Assembly: GCA_038087875.1 (NCBI GenBank)
Contig: CM075994.1
Span: 10,666,001-10,730,000, forward strand
Length of the DNA: 64,000 nucleotides
Reading direction: 5' to 3'
Source: Malacoraja senta
Taxonomy: Eukaryota
Part shown: positions 11,501 to 23,845 of the stretch, one piece after another
Layout of the letters: every line of letters starts with the position of its first letter
Numbering within the stretch: the stretch's first letter is position 1
Notes under the pieces: model-generated
The model's database searches: none
Seen by the model: only the letters and a program-made list of their open reading frames with translations
Told to the model about the DNA's origin: nothing
Program-made: the position numbers and the translations under genes

Positions 11501-13260
11501 ACAAAAGGATTCAGACTTGTCAAGTCTAGAATAATCCCACATCCTCGATCCTTTTTTGATCGAGGGAATATATTTAACACAAATTGGTGAATTTGGTAGA
11601 CTGATTCTTCAATAACACCGTTTATATATAGGGTTTGAAACGCAGCTTGAACCTCCATCACTTCTTTTTGTGCAAACCATATGACAATTACAGCAGGAAA
11701 AAAGGCCATCTCGGCCTTTCAAGTCCATGCCGAAGAAGTGGAGAATTCTGCTAGGAACATGCTGGACAGGCAAATCATAATTTGGATTGAATTCAATTCG
11801 AAATCCTTGTATACTATTCAGAATTACCACATCTGAAGTAATCTTCCAATTAGTATGTTCCCATGAGAACCAGGTCCATCTACATCTTGAGTCATTTGAG
11901 TACTCTGAGATTCCTGGATTCTCCCGGAAGCACGGTCACCGGTTCTTGCTCCCACTGCAGGCCGCCAGCTACGTCCCTGCGTTAATGAGCGACTTGGTCC
12001 TGTCCAGGATCCGTATGACGTCTGAAAGGATATTCCTCTTTACAGACTTTACAACCATTGATGTTTTCATCAATCCTGTTTTCGCTTCATCTTCCAACTC
12101 TTTAACACATCTCTCGATATCCTCTCCAAAGAGTAAGTTGGGTAATTGTACATTACTTGGTTTGTAGAGTACTGCGAATTTCGGATTCATAATAGGCCGT
12201 ATAGCACCTTTCCTCGGACAATTGATCTCGAAGTGGGTGCTGCATAGCAACCCCTGTGCTTTCTGATGCAACTCCGTCATCTCTTGGCTTTTATCTGCTA
12301 TTCTGGCAAAAGCAGTAATTCCAGAACCCAGCAGCTTTAATATTCTCTGCAATTTTAATTCTTGAGTTCTCATAGTCATACTCAATTGATTCCAGATGAT
12401 TTGATTCACTGCTGGTGCTTTCAGCAACACACAGTTGCTTGGGGTCTCGTGCTTTCTTGCAGTATCATCCATCTCCTGCTGTTCCAGCTGATGGGAAACC
12501 AAGTAATTTATTAAGGAGGCCAGCTCATCTCCTAGTGGCTCTCCTGACTCTGACGGGGCAGCGAAGCGTACTGCCAGTGGTGGAATATCTGGTATCTGCA
12601 GTTCTTCACTTTGTATAGCCTCACCTTCAGAGTTGGGGTCTGAACTCTCTTGACCCATAGCACTCTCCTCATCTCTGAGGGTGCATTCCATCAGCCCTGT
12701 GCCAGGTGCTGTTAGGCTGCTTCCAGCAGCTTGTATTTCAGTACACTCCCCGAGTGTACTTTGCTCCAATAGCCTATGCAGAAGGCTTTCCATCTGGCTA
12801 ATACGCACAAAGGCAGTATCTAGCCCTGGAGCTTCCATTGCCTGGGACTCCTCCTCCGTGGGCCGTCTGGATTTAAACTTGGCCTTTCGCCCGACAGGCG
12901 CTGACTAAGTTTTCATCAGTCCCAGGTCCACAGTCGCTATGCTCACTGCTGGCGACTGTACCGGGGTTAGAGGTGGCTGGCTTGTACCCGGAGATTCCCG
13001 ACTTTCTGCCGGCTGAATCGCACGCCTCTTCCCCCTGCCCGTTTTTTCCATGGCGTCTGTGAAAAAATCCCATAGACCCACAGAAAACGGACCTGGAAAT
13101 ACTTTAAAAAGTTTCTACTTACCTTGTAGTTGTAAAAACTACAAACCACTGGAGGAGCTCTGCTCCTCACGTCCGTTTGCGTCAAGGCATCTGACGTAAT
13201 GACGCGCAGGCGCACTGGCGGGGTTCTTCACGTAGTCACACGTGACTCCGAAGTAAAATA
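8532..13260 (-). mobile_element. DIRS1-type tyrosine-recombinase retrotransposon, degenerate but with both termini
   Basis: Minus-strand gag (11969-12838), RT (frameshifted YLDD near 11255), RNase H (~10379-10730), methyltransferase-like domain (IDLFTSRLNHQL...PDWPTQPW, 9945-10385) and tyrosine recombinase (AQRVETL; HSTR near 9185-9196; W...FY). Inverted terminal motif 8610-8625/13200-13215; ICR 8767-8858. Confidence 0.93.
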
Positions 13261-13388
13261 ACCCCAAAAAGATAAATATCTCATGAAATAAATGACTCCA
13301 TACAGCTAAAAAAATCACTGCAAAAAATGTTACCCAAAATGTCTCTTTGCCTAGCACTGTGTGCAAACAGCACAGAAAAAGTGTTGGC

Positions 13389-13622
13389 TGCAGCCATCTT
13401 CTGCTTCAGTAAGGGAAGCCGGTCGGTGATTGGCCGCAACGCCCCTAGGAATCTGCGTCTGATTGGCCACCGAGTGACCGGAGCATTATGTGATTGGCTG
13501 CCCCGGCCTTGGAGACAGCGGATGATTGGACGGCAGGGGACCGATTTGTTGCTTGGATAGGAATTTTAAGGGAAGCTGGTCGGTGATTGGACGCAACCCC
13601 CTTAGAGACAGCGGTTGATTGG
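13389..13622 (-). promoter_or_regulatory. Phased array of six CCAAT boxes plus YY1-like motif
   Basis: GATTGG (CCAATC on minus) at 13428, 13461, 13492, 13524, 13585, 13617; AAGATGGCTGC on minus at ~13390-13400. Confidence 0.45.
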
Positions 13623-13882
13623 CCGCCAAATAACCGGGCACAAAAAATAGGAGAGAGAAAAAAAATCGGAATTCCGATTTAAACAGGAAGAAAATCATGC
13701 CTGCATATATTAAGATTACCAGAGAACACAGTACACTTACAAGTTTTTCTACCATCCATAGAAGAAGATGAAGCTCCCGGGATTAGTCCTGGCATGACTG
13801 TTGGATGCAGTGTGCATGGGATTGTACAGTAATCACACCACCTTTCAGGCACGATATCCCCCATCATTGAAAAAGCCCATAC

Positions 13883-13991
13883 CTGTTGCCTCAGTGTAGT
13901 ACACGTTGATACGGTCCAACTGGAGGTCACTATCTCCATGGTAGTTGCCAGTTGGGTCAATGCCATGCTCGTCACTGATCACTTCCCAAAA
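13883..13991 (-). CDS. TUBB: Beta-tubulin exon 2 (109 bp)
   Basis: [37 protein letters not shown] flanked by AG/GT; LQLDRI plus [12 protein letters not shown] resembles class I beta-tubulin. Confidence 0.96.
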
Positions 13992-14033
13992 CTGTGGAGA
14001 CAACAAGGGGTGGGTTAAAAAAAAAGTTACATA

Positions 14034-14442
14034 AAAACATTAGGCTTGTCTTGGCGGAAAAAACAGATCAATTTCTCAAGACATGGACACCCTTTACCAA
14101 ATTCTTACAAGAATAGCATGGCGCAACACAAATTTAAATTTAAATCCAATGCTGGGTTGGGTGGGGTGGGGTGGGGACGAGGGTATATCTCCACCTTTCT
14201 TTTTCTTTTTTCTTATTTCTATATCTTTCGACCACACTACCAGTTTAGGGGGTCTTTCTTTTGTTTTATTTCGATCTATCTTTTCACTATTCACTTTTTC
14301 CCTTTCTTGTTCTCTTTCTCTTTTCTTTTTTCATTTTCAGGGTATAAGGTTACAAATGAAGCTGTACAATAATTGTATAATTTTAGATGACGAATGTTTT
14401 ATTTTTGTACAATTGCTTCTAATAATTAAAAAAAAAAAAAAA
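14034..14442 (+). mobile_element. L1/Tx1-like LINE 3' end with poly(A)
   Basis: DQFLKTWTP ORF2 C-terminus-like motif, T-rich 3'UTR, poly(A); near-identical to 31188-31629. Confidence 0.7.
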
Positions 14443-14736
14443 TTACATAAGCCTGATTGGATGATCCGTGCAGTAGTTACGTCAAGAAAAAATATTCTCA
14501 ATTCACAAATTCAAATTTTTTTCCCATTATATTTGGACATTCTAAACCAACATCTCTAACTAGGTTTTGGTTCTCCCTGCTCATGCTCTGAATATAAACT
14601 GCAGTGGCTACAACAGATGCACATGGCAGAGGGAAAGGCCATTTTTCAGCAGCGCAGTTGGGAGATGAACAACTTCTGTAACAGGAATGATGGAACTGGG
14701 CTTTGTTTGGGAACAGCAGGATTTCCAGCACACCGA

Positions 14737-15297
14737 CAGGGTTGTACAGGGCCCTAGTGAGACCACACCTGGAGTATTGTGTGCCGTTTTGGTCCCCTAA
14801 TTTGAGGAAGGACATTCTTGCTATTGAGGGAGTGCAGCGTAGGTTCACAAGGTTAATTCCTGGGATGGTGGGACTGTCATATGCTGAGAGAATGGAGCGG
14901 CTGGGCTTGTATACTCTGGAATTTAGAAGGATGAGAGGATACCTTATAAGAGTATTAAGGGTTTGGACACGCTAGTGGCAGGAAACATGTTCCCGATGTT
15001 GGGGGAGTCCAGAACCAGGGGACGCAGTTTAAGAATAAGGCATTTGGAACAGAGATGAGGAAACACTTTTTCACACAGAGAGTTGTGCGTCTGTGGAATT
15101 CTCTGCCTCAGAGGGCGGTGGAGGCCGGTTCTCTGGATACTTTCACGAGAGAACTAGATAGGGCTCTTAAAGTTAGGGGATATGGGGAGAAGGCAGGAAC
15201 AGGGTACTGATTGGGGATGATCAGCCAGGATCACATTGAATGGTGGTGCTGGCTCGAAGAGCCGAATGGCCTACTCCTGCACCTATTGTCTATTGTC
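14737..15297 (+). mobile_element. CR1 LINE 3' fragment
   Basis: [19 protein letters not shown] and CR1 3'UTR. Confidence 0.9.
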
Positions 15298-15724
15298 TCT
15301 CCACGCTGACCTGAGTGGGTGGTGTGGCTGTTACTATAATATGCACCGATGTGATTTCTCATTCTCTCGGGTGGAAATAAAGTGTGCGGTATGTTTAAAA
15401 AGCGGGATTTTTTCCAGATTTACATAGTCTCTGAAATATATGTTGAGGTCGGAGTCGGGACTTCTTTTTACCAACTCCGACTCCAGCAGCACCAAAATTG
15501 CTCCGACTGACTCGACATCTCCGATTCCACAGCCCTGGTGAGAAGGCCACACTGCCAGGCTGGTTCTTTTTTTTTTTTAATGACAGTTTTGTATAAAGGG
15601 AAATATGGGGATCAATGCAGGAAAGGGACTGGAAGATAAGAATCAGTCACTATCTTACTGGACAGCAAAACAGTCAGAATAAAGTGAAAGATCCACTGCC
15701 TCCATACTCAAGTGGCAAGAGGCT

Positions 15725-16310
15725 TGTTTAAGAAAAAACTGCAGGCTGGAAAAATCAAAGGTAGACAATAATGCTGGAGAAACTCAGCGGGTGAGGCAGC
15801 ACCTATGGACCGAAGGACTAGGTGACGTTCCGGGTCGAATGGGAGGGGGAGTTGTAGTGCTGAGCCTACTGTCTCCGCCTCTTCCTTCCTTCTTCTCGCA
15901 CACCCTCACATCAGTCTGAAGAAGGGCCTCGACCCAAAACGTCACCTATTCCTTCGCTTCTTCAGACTGATGTGGAGGTGGGAGAGGCGGGAAGAAGAAA
16001 GGAATAGGGGGAGACAGTGGGCTGTGGGAGAGCTGGGAAGGGGAGGGGAAGGAGGGAGAAAGCAGGGACTACCTGAAATTGGAGAAGTCAATGTTCATAC
16101 CGCTGGGGTGTAAAAACTGCCCAGGCGAAAATATGAAGTGCTGCTCCTCCAATATGCGGTGGGACTCGCTCTGGCCATGGAGGAGGCCCAGGACAGAAAG
16201 GTCGGATTCGGAATGGGAGGGGAAGTTAAAGTGCTGGGCCACTGGGAGATCAGGTTGGTTAGTGCGAACCGAGCGGAGGTGTTGGGCGAAGCCATCGCCA
16301 AGCCTAAGTG
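15725..16310 (-). mobile_element. Penelope-like element remnant (GIY-YIG C-terminus plus pLTR pieces)
   Basis: FAQHLRSVRTNQPDLPVAQHFN motif; pLTR repeats in both orientations. Confidence 0.82.
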
Positions 16311-16639
16311 GCAAGAGGCTGGTCAGCCCACCAAACCCAGACTGGCTCCCGTAGTCTCAATTCAGCCTACAATCATGGTCTGCCAATCCTACAGGAGTGC
16401 AGTCCAATTACCTCCCTCGCTTGCACCCACAGTCCAAAGAAAGGTCTCAATGACAGACCTTCCCACACCCACCAGCACGAGATGGAGACCCAGTTAGAGA
16501 TGACCCGTTTCCCCATCTTCACCACATGGGCATATTGGAATCCTGGCTCATGTCCTCATTCTGCAGTCACAGGAGCCAACTACTTCCTGGCTGCAACATA
16601 CCCCAAATCAGGCTGTTTACATGCAAATGTGCAGGAAGC

Positions 16640-17560
16640 TATCCTTGCTATTGAGGGAGTGCAGCGTAGGTTCACGAGGTTAATTTCCAGGATGGCGGGA
16701 CTGTCATATGTTGAAAGATTGGAGCGGCTGGGCTGGAATGACCTCTCTTGGACCCACAATACCTCAACTCTGGTCAAGAAGGCTCACCAGCGTCTCTTCT
16801 TCCTGAGGAGACTAAAGAAGGTCCATCTGTCCCCTCAGATTCTGGTGAACTTCCACCGCTGCACCATCGAGAGCATCCTTACCAACTGTATCACAGTATG
16901 GTATGGCAACTGCTCTGTCTCTGACCGGAAAGCACTGCAGAGGGTGGTGAAAACTGCCCAACGCATCACCGGTTCCTCACTCCCCTCCATTGAGTCTGTC
17001 CAGAGCAAGCGATGTCTGCAAAGGGCGCGCAGCATCGTCAAAGGACTGCTCTCACCCCAACCACAGACCGTTTACCCTCCTCCCGTCCGGGAGGCGCTAC
17101 AGGTCTCTCCGTTGCCAGACCAGCAGGTTCAGGAACAGCTTCTTCCCTGCGGCTGTTACCCTACTTAACTCTGCACCTCGGTGATTGCCAGTCACCCCCC
17201 CCCCCGACACTCCTTCCCCCAGAAAAATTGGACTACTGCTACTGTATGTACATATATATATTTTACTGTTTCATTATTCTATGTTCGCTCTTCTGGGTGA
17301 GATGCTAACTGCATTTCGTTGTCTCTGTACTTGTACACTGCACAATGACAATAAATTGAATCTGAATCTTGAATCGGATCTGAATACTCTGGAATTTAGA
17401 AGGATGAGAGGGGATCTTATTGAAACACAAGATTATTTAGGGTTTGGACATGCTAGAGGCAGGAAACATGTTCCCGATGTTGGGGGAGTCCAGAACCAGG
17501 GGCCACACAGTTTAAGAAGGGGTAAGCCATTTAGAACGGAGATGAGGAAAATCTTTTTCT
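16640..17560 (+). mobile_element. Rex/Babar LINE 3' fragment (~16735-17375) within a CR1 fragment
   Basis: KKAHQRLFFLRRLKK...CTIESILTNCITVWYG with (TGAATC)n tail; flanks are contiguous CR1 RT sequence. Confidence 0.78.
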
Positions 17561-17966
17561 CCGATTCTCTGCCTCCGAGGCAGAGAATCTCAGAAGTACA
17601 GATGCTGTATCTCAGTAATCCCATAACTCTCCACCTTACACATTCTCCTTATCTCCACCCTAATTAATTCTCCTCAATCATCTTTTGGCAATCAGAACCC
17701 ACCCAGCAAAACCCCAGCAGAGGGAGAGCGTACAAACGGCACACAGCTGACAGATGATAATTAACTCTGGATAATTAACTCTGGATCACAGAGTTGTCAA
17801 GCAGCCGCACTACCTGCTGTGTCAATCTGCCACCTGAATAACAGCCAGCGAGGAGCTCAGAACAGGAGTTAGCTTGAACCATTAAAGCAAATGCACCATA
17901 TTCACATGTTATTGAGATACATCGTTCGATTAAGATAACAATGAGAGATCAAAGTTCAACTTGTTA

Positions 17967-18296
17967 AGGGCCTGTCCCACTTACGCGACCTTTTCGGCGA
18001 CTGCCGGCACCCGTCATAGGCCGCCGAAATTTTTCAACATGTTAAAAATCCAGCGGCGACCAAAAATGACGCTACAACTCTTTGGGCGATTAGAAGACTA
18101 CTCACGACCATACAGGCGACACCCTAGCAACATGTCGCGGGGTGAACCCTGTATGGTCGTGAGTAGTCACCCAAAGTCGTAGTTTGTTCTGGTCGACGCT
18201 GGATTTTCAACACGGTGAAAATTTTGGGCGACCTGTAACGACCTATGATGGGTGCCGGCAGTCGCTGAGAAAAATCACGTAAGTGGGACAGGCCCT
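17967..18296. mobile_element. PIF/Harbinger-type MITE, largely palindromic, 330 bp
   Basis: TIR AGGGCCTGTCCCACTTA / TAAGTGGGACAGGCCCT; TTA target duplication at 17964-17966 and 18297-18299. Confidence 0.85.
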
Positions 18297-18639
18297 TTAT
18301 GGACAATACTTGTGAACATTTTATCTTTGGACCTGTTTTTCCAAAGGCAGTTTAGTGGCCTGAATATTGTCAAGGAAGCCAAGAAAATCTTGTGGCTTTA
18401 CCGTGTTGGAGAAAGTCGAACACATTTTAAAATCAGAAACCTCAACGTTAATCTGCAGCCACCAATTACTGCACCCACAAAAACTTTGAATCAGTTGACG
18501 GGGCTGGCATTCATTTCAAATGAAGAGGGGCAAAGCTTGAATTAAGGCCATGTACATCAAAATAATACTAACAGTTTAATGGTATGTAATGCAGGAAGCC
18601 TGCTACACATCGTAAAGCACAAGCTGGCACAGACATTGG

Positions 18640-19245
18640 ATGCTACACTTGTCGCTTTACCTCCCCCCTCGACTCCATTCAAGGACCCAAGCAGTCTTTC
18701 CAGGTGCGACAGAGGTTCACCTGCACCTCCTCCAACCTCATCTATTGCATCCGCTGCTCTAGGTGTCAGCTGCTCTACATCGGTGAGACCAAGCGTAGGC
18801 TTGGCAATCGCTTCGCCCAACACCTCCGCTCCGTTCGCAATAACCAACCTGATCTCCCAGTGGCTCAGCACTTCAACTCCCCCTCCCATTCCGAATCCGA
18901 CCTTTCTGTCCTGGGCCTCCTCCATGGCCAGAGTGGGTCCCACCACAAATTGGAGGAGCAGCACCTCATATTTCGTTTGGGCAGTTTGTACCCCAGCAGT
19001 ATGAACATTGACTTCTCCAATTTCAGGTAGCCCTTACTGTCTCCTCCCTTTCTCAGCTCTCCCTCCATCCCTCTGGCTCCTCCTCTTCCTTTCTTCTTCC
19101 CACCCCCCCACCAGTCTGAAGAAGGGTCTTGACCTGAAACGTCACCCATTTCCTTCACTCCATAGATGCTGCCTCACCCGCTGAGTTCCTCCAGCATTTT
19201 TGTCTTCCTTCGATTTTCCCAGCATCTGCAGTTCCTTCTTAAACA
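18640..19245 (+). mobile_element. Penelope-like 3' fragment (GIY-YIG endonuclease plus pLTR)
   Basis: NLIYCIRCSRCQLLYIGETKRRLGNRFAQH followed by pLTR with hammerhead-like core near 19116. Confidence 0.9.
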
Positions 19246-19530
19246 TACATGGGAGCAGCAGGGCTGGGATTCAGTCCAACAAAAGACTGCGACTGATACA
19301 ACCCTGAGACTGGGAGAGGATCCAGCATGAAGCAAATAGCCTTTGCTTCAGAACCAAACAAGCGACAAGGTCAAAGAACTATACCCAGCCTTCAAGCACC
19401 AGCCTGTCTGGCCAAGATTCAAACACCCTCAGAATATATTGTCCAGAACACCAGAGGTTTGGATTTATTTTTGTCATGTGTACCAAGGTATAGTGAAAAA
19501 AAATGTTTTGCACACTATCCTAACATCAGT

Positions 19531-19558
19531 CTGAAGAAGGGTCTCGACCCGAAACGTC
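19531..19558 (+). ncRNA. Minimal type I hammerhead ribozyme-like motif (representative of >12 copies)
   Basis: CTGAAGA-A-GGGT-CTCG-ACCC-GAAAC-GTC; other copies at 25211, 29868, 30980, 42674, 51538, 58620 (+) and 23496-23523, 40841-40868 (-). Confidence 0.7.
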
Positions 19559-20564
19559 ACCTATTCCTTCGCTCCATAGATGCTGCCTTACCCACTGAGT
19601 TTCTCCAGCATTTTTGTCTACCTTCAATTTTTCCAGCATCTGCAGTTCCTTCTTAAACATCCTAACAGATCAGATACAATATACACTAAAACACACTATT
19701 ACTGTTTGCTTGTGTGTACGTATGTATGTGTATATATATGTACATATACATACACACATGTCTGTATGTATACATGCATACACAAAAACAAACAATAGTG
19801 CATTTTAGTGTATTTATGTATATTGTATCTGATCTGTTTACATAAACCACAAGTTGAACTTTGATCTCTCATTGTTATCCTAATCGAACAATGTATCTCA
19901 ATAACATGTGAATATGGTGCATTTGCTTTAATGGTTCAAGCTGACTCCTGTTCTGAGCTCTTCGCTGGCTGTTATTCCAGTGACAGATTGACACAGCAGG
20001 TAGTGCGGCTCCTTGACAACTCTGTGATCCAGAGTTAATTATCACCTGTCGGCTGTGTGTGCCGTTTGTACGGTCTCCCTCTAACTCTAATACTAGGGTT
20101 TCCCTGGCGGGTTCGTGCATGTCGGTGTCCGTCTGTGCGTCTGGGTGTGTGTACGTGTTTCTCTCCCCCTCCGTGTCTCTCTCCCTCCGTCTCCGTCTCT
20201 CTCCTCCATCTCGGTGCGTGTCTATGCCTGTGCGCGTGCGTCTGTGCGTGTGCTGAGCACGTGCGCGCGCGTCTGTGCGTGTCTATGCCTGTGCGTGTGC
20301 TGAGCATGTGCGCGCGCGTCTGCGCACACCAAACTTTCCCCCCCTCTCGCTTATTATATTGTTTACAGTGTACTGTTTACATATTCTGTTGAGCTGCAGC
20401 AAGTAAGAATTTCTTTGTTCTATCTGGGGCATATGACATTAAAGCACTCCCACTCACACCACTTCAGTGTGCAGCTGGCCTCTGGTGCTGCCTGTGGGAT
20501 GTTTCGAGGAAACCCCACAAAGACAAGTGGGTTTGTAGGTTAATTGAAGTCAAGTCAATTTTAT

Positions 20565-21465
20565 TTCTATAGCACATTTAAAAACAACTCTCGTTGACCA
20601 AAGTACTTTACATCAGTGCAGGTACTAACATGCTACAAACAGTGGTACATAGATCTAACAATACACACATAAATGCATACATACAGCGCTCCATCAGAGG
20701 ACCTCAAGAAAGGCTTGCGAGTAGAAATAAGTTTTAAGTCTAGACTTGTCGGCTTCGGAAGCCGCGGCCTCCGGTCAGGAATGCGGCCGTTCCAGGTGGC
20801 CCAGCCGCTGTGAGGACTCTCCGACGCCGGGGCAACAGCACCCGGTGAGAATGGCCAGGAACATCGGGCCTCCATAGAGGCAATAGCGGAGGCCTCAATA
20901 GGCCTGACTTTGGGGAGAACTGGGGTTGAGGACTGGACATTGTGCCTTCCCCACAGTGGTAACCATTGTGGGGGGATGATTTTGTGTGTACTGTCTATGT
21001 TAGTCTGTGTCCAAGATGGCGGTCGGAAGGGAGAGTGGACGCTGGCGCGGTTTAGCTGCCGCTGCTCTCTCTTCACATTGTGTTTCTGAATTTTTTTGTT
21101 TTTGTGTTTTTTGGATCGAATTTCTGTCTTTAATTTGTGTATTGGTGATGTCTTTATAACTTATTTTACTCTGATTATATGTTTCTTTGTTAAATTTTGT
21201 AAGGTGTCCTTGAGACTTTATGTATTATTATTATTATTTATTATTATTAAGAGTTGATGGAGGGGGCAGTTCTGATGGGAAGAGCGATGCTGTTCCATAG
21301 TCTAGGAGCTGCAACCGCAAAAGCGCGGTCACCTCTGAGCTCATGCCGAGACCACGGGATGGTCAATAACCCCAAGTCGGCCGATCTGAGGGACCTGGAG
21401 GCGGTATGGTGGGTAAGCAGATTTTTGATGTAGGTGGGGGCAAGCCCGTTAAGGGCTTCGTATAC
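20565..21465 (-). mobile_element. L2 LINE 3' fragment interrupted by a GC-rich (TTA)n-tailed repeat (~20745-21248)
   Basis: YEALNGLAPTYI...SLRS...GDRAFAVAAPRLWNS motif typical of the L2 ORF2 end. Confidence 0.7.
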
Positions 21466-22674
21466 ATTGTTGCCAAATTGTCCCAAGCAGATGCTAAAAG
21501 CAGGATAACAGAGAACTAATGTGAATGGGTGATCACAGGTGTTATACCAGAATTTTGCCCCAAACAGTCTGTAACCCATAGAGCTGTGGCCATAGCGCTA
21601 TGTTTAAAGCCTATAGCGCTGCGGCCTGTAGCACTATATTTAGAACCCATAGTGCTGCAGCCAATAGCTCTTTGTTTAAATTCTAACACGTTAAGCCGAC
21701 AGCGTTCTGTTTAAACCTTTGCGAGCTGTGTGTATTGATTTGCACGGCAAGTCTGTAGCGCTGTGTATTGCTTTACGTGCCAGGCTGGGGCTGATAGCGC
21801 TTTCTTCCCGGGGGGGGGGGGGGGGCCTCGCTCGGCCAGCTGCGTCTGTCGCCAGTGAGCCATAAGTTCAGCATGAGAGGGGTTCACCGACGGGCTGAGT
21901 CGTGACCATGGGAGGAGATGGTGTAGGTGTGCTGCTGTAAAACGGACCCCGCGCATACCAAGACAAGTATTATTTTTGTTCTCTCTTGCCAATAAAACTG
22001 ATTGGTAACTAAACGGGCGAGTGAGCCTTTTCCCGTCCTACTAATCAGATTCTCGGCAGGTTCTCTGGATGCTTTCAAGAGAGAGCTAGATAGGACTCTT
22101 AAAGATGGCGGAGTCAGGGGATATGGGGAGAAGGCAGGAACGGGGTACTGATCGGGGATGATCAGCCATGATCACATTGAATGGCGGTGCTGGCTCGAAG
22201 GGCCAAATGGCCTACCCCTGCACCCATTGTCTATCCCTTGTAACAGCAGGTTAGTGTAGACTCGGTGGGCCTGTTTCCGTGCAGCATCTCTCACGTAAAC
22301 ATTGCCCACATACTGTGCAATCTACTTCTCCGAAATGGACCATTTCCAACTTGTCCATATGCCTCAAGTGCCACTTGATTAACACACACTCACAGCCCCA
22401 GGTGTACGTGCATCGGCTGGAACAGTTTCCTCGGAGTTGAATGTTCGTGCTCAGGAAGGATATGGGACAACTGCACTAACAAAGGGCTTCACATTCATGT
22501 GCATATTGCCCGACTACAACTTCGTTCAACAGCAGCATTATTAGTATGTCAACATACCACCCAGTCACAGGAATGTGTTCACTAATGTCCTTTAGGGATT
22601 CTCAGTAGAGCTTTCACCTCCACCCCACCCCCCACTCAAAGTGTGCCTCAAGCAATTATCATTTTTCAAATTCA

Positions 22675-23010
22675 AATCCGACCTTTCTGTCCTGGACCTC
22701 CTCCATGGCCAGAGTGAGTCCCACCGTAAATTGGAGGAGCAGAACCTCATATTTCGCTTGGGCAGTTTACACCCCAGCGGTATGAACATTGACTGTGTCC
22801 AATTTCAGGTAGTCCTTGCTTTCTCCCTCCTTCCCCTCCCCAGCTCTCCCACAGCGCACTGTCTCCGCTTCTTCCTTTCTTCTCCCCGCCCCCACCACCC
22901 TCACATCAGTCTGAAGAAGGGTCTTGACCCGAAACGTCACCTTTTCGTTCGCTCCATAGATGCTGCCTCACCCGCTGAGTTTCTCCAGCATTTTTATCTA
23001 CCATCAATTT
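22675..23010 (+). mobile_element. Penelope-like 3' fragment with pLTR
   Basis: SDLSVLDLLHGQSESHRKLEEQNLIFRLGSLHPSGMNID then pLTR and hammerhead-like core. Confidence 0.82.
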
Positions 23011-23845
23011 TCAAATGCAAGTTTGGTGAAACACCATAAGACTGGTATATATTGTGTAGGAAGAACTGCAGATGCTGGTGTAAACCAAAGATAGACACGA
23101 AAAGCTGGAGTAACTCAGCGGGACAGGCAGCATCTCTGGAGAAAAACGGAATGGGCGAGACGTTTAGGGTTGTGAACCCTTCTTCAGACTGAAAAATGGG
23201 TATTGACCCAAAACATCACCCCTTCCTTCTCTCCAGCCTGTCCCGCTGAGTTATTCCAGCTTTTTGTGCCTATCTTGGGTATACATTGTAATTATTCGAC
23301 TGCAATTGTAATTTTTGTTTAATACGCACTACCCATGGGTATTGCATTTACAGGGCTTTTCATTTCAACATTTCACTGACAGTCCATGTGATAATTTAAC
23401 ACCAAACATATGCAAGTAACAAGATTGTTTAAGAAAGAACTGCAGATGCTGGAGAAACTCAGCGGGTGAGGCATCTATGGAGCGAAGGAATGGGTGACGT
23501 TTCGGGTCGAGACCCTTCTTCAGACCGACCCAAAACATCACCTATTCCTTCACTCCATAGATGCTGCCTCACTCGCTGAGTTACTCCAGCATTTTTGTCT
23601 ACCTTCAAGCAATAAGATTCATCTTCCTCCAAATTAATAACAATCAAGATTATTTAATAGGAGATTAGGAGAAGGTTCAGAATTGAAATTACATTTTTTT
23701 AACACAGGGGAAATCCATATTCTCCAAATAGCTCCTTATAAATCATCTCCTAGTTCCAATGAGCAGTTGAAACAAATACAATAACGTTAAAAAATAAACT
23801 GGTTGTACTCCAAACAGGAAGTATATTGAAATGATACAAAAAAAT

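Noticed and set aside
20100..20330. Cys-rich ORFs in a purine-pyrimidine alternating tract
   Set aside because: Low-complexity (GT/GC) sequence producing spurious translations
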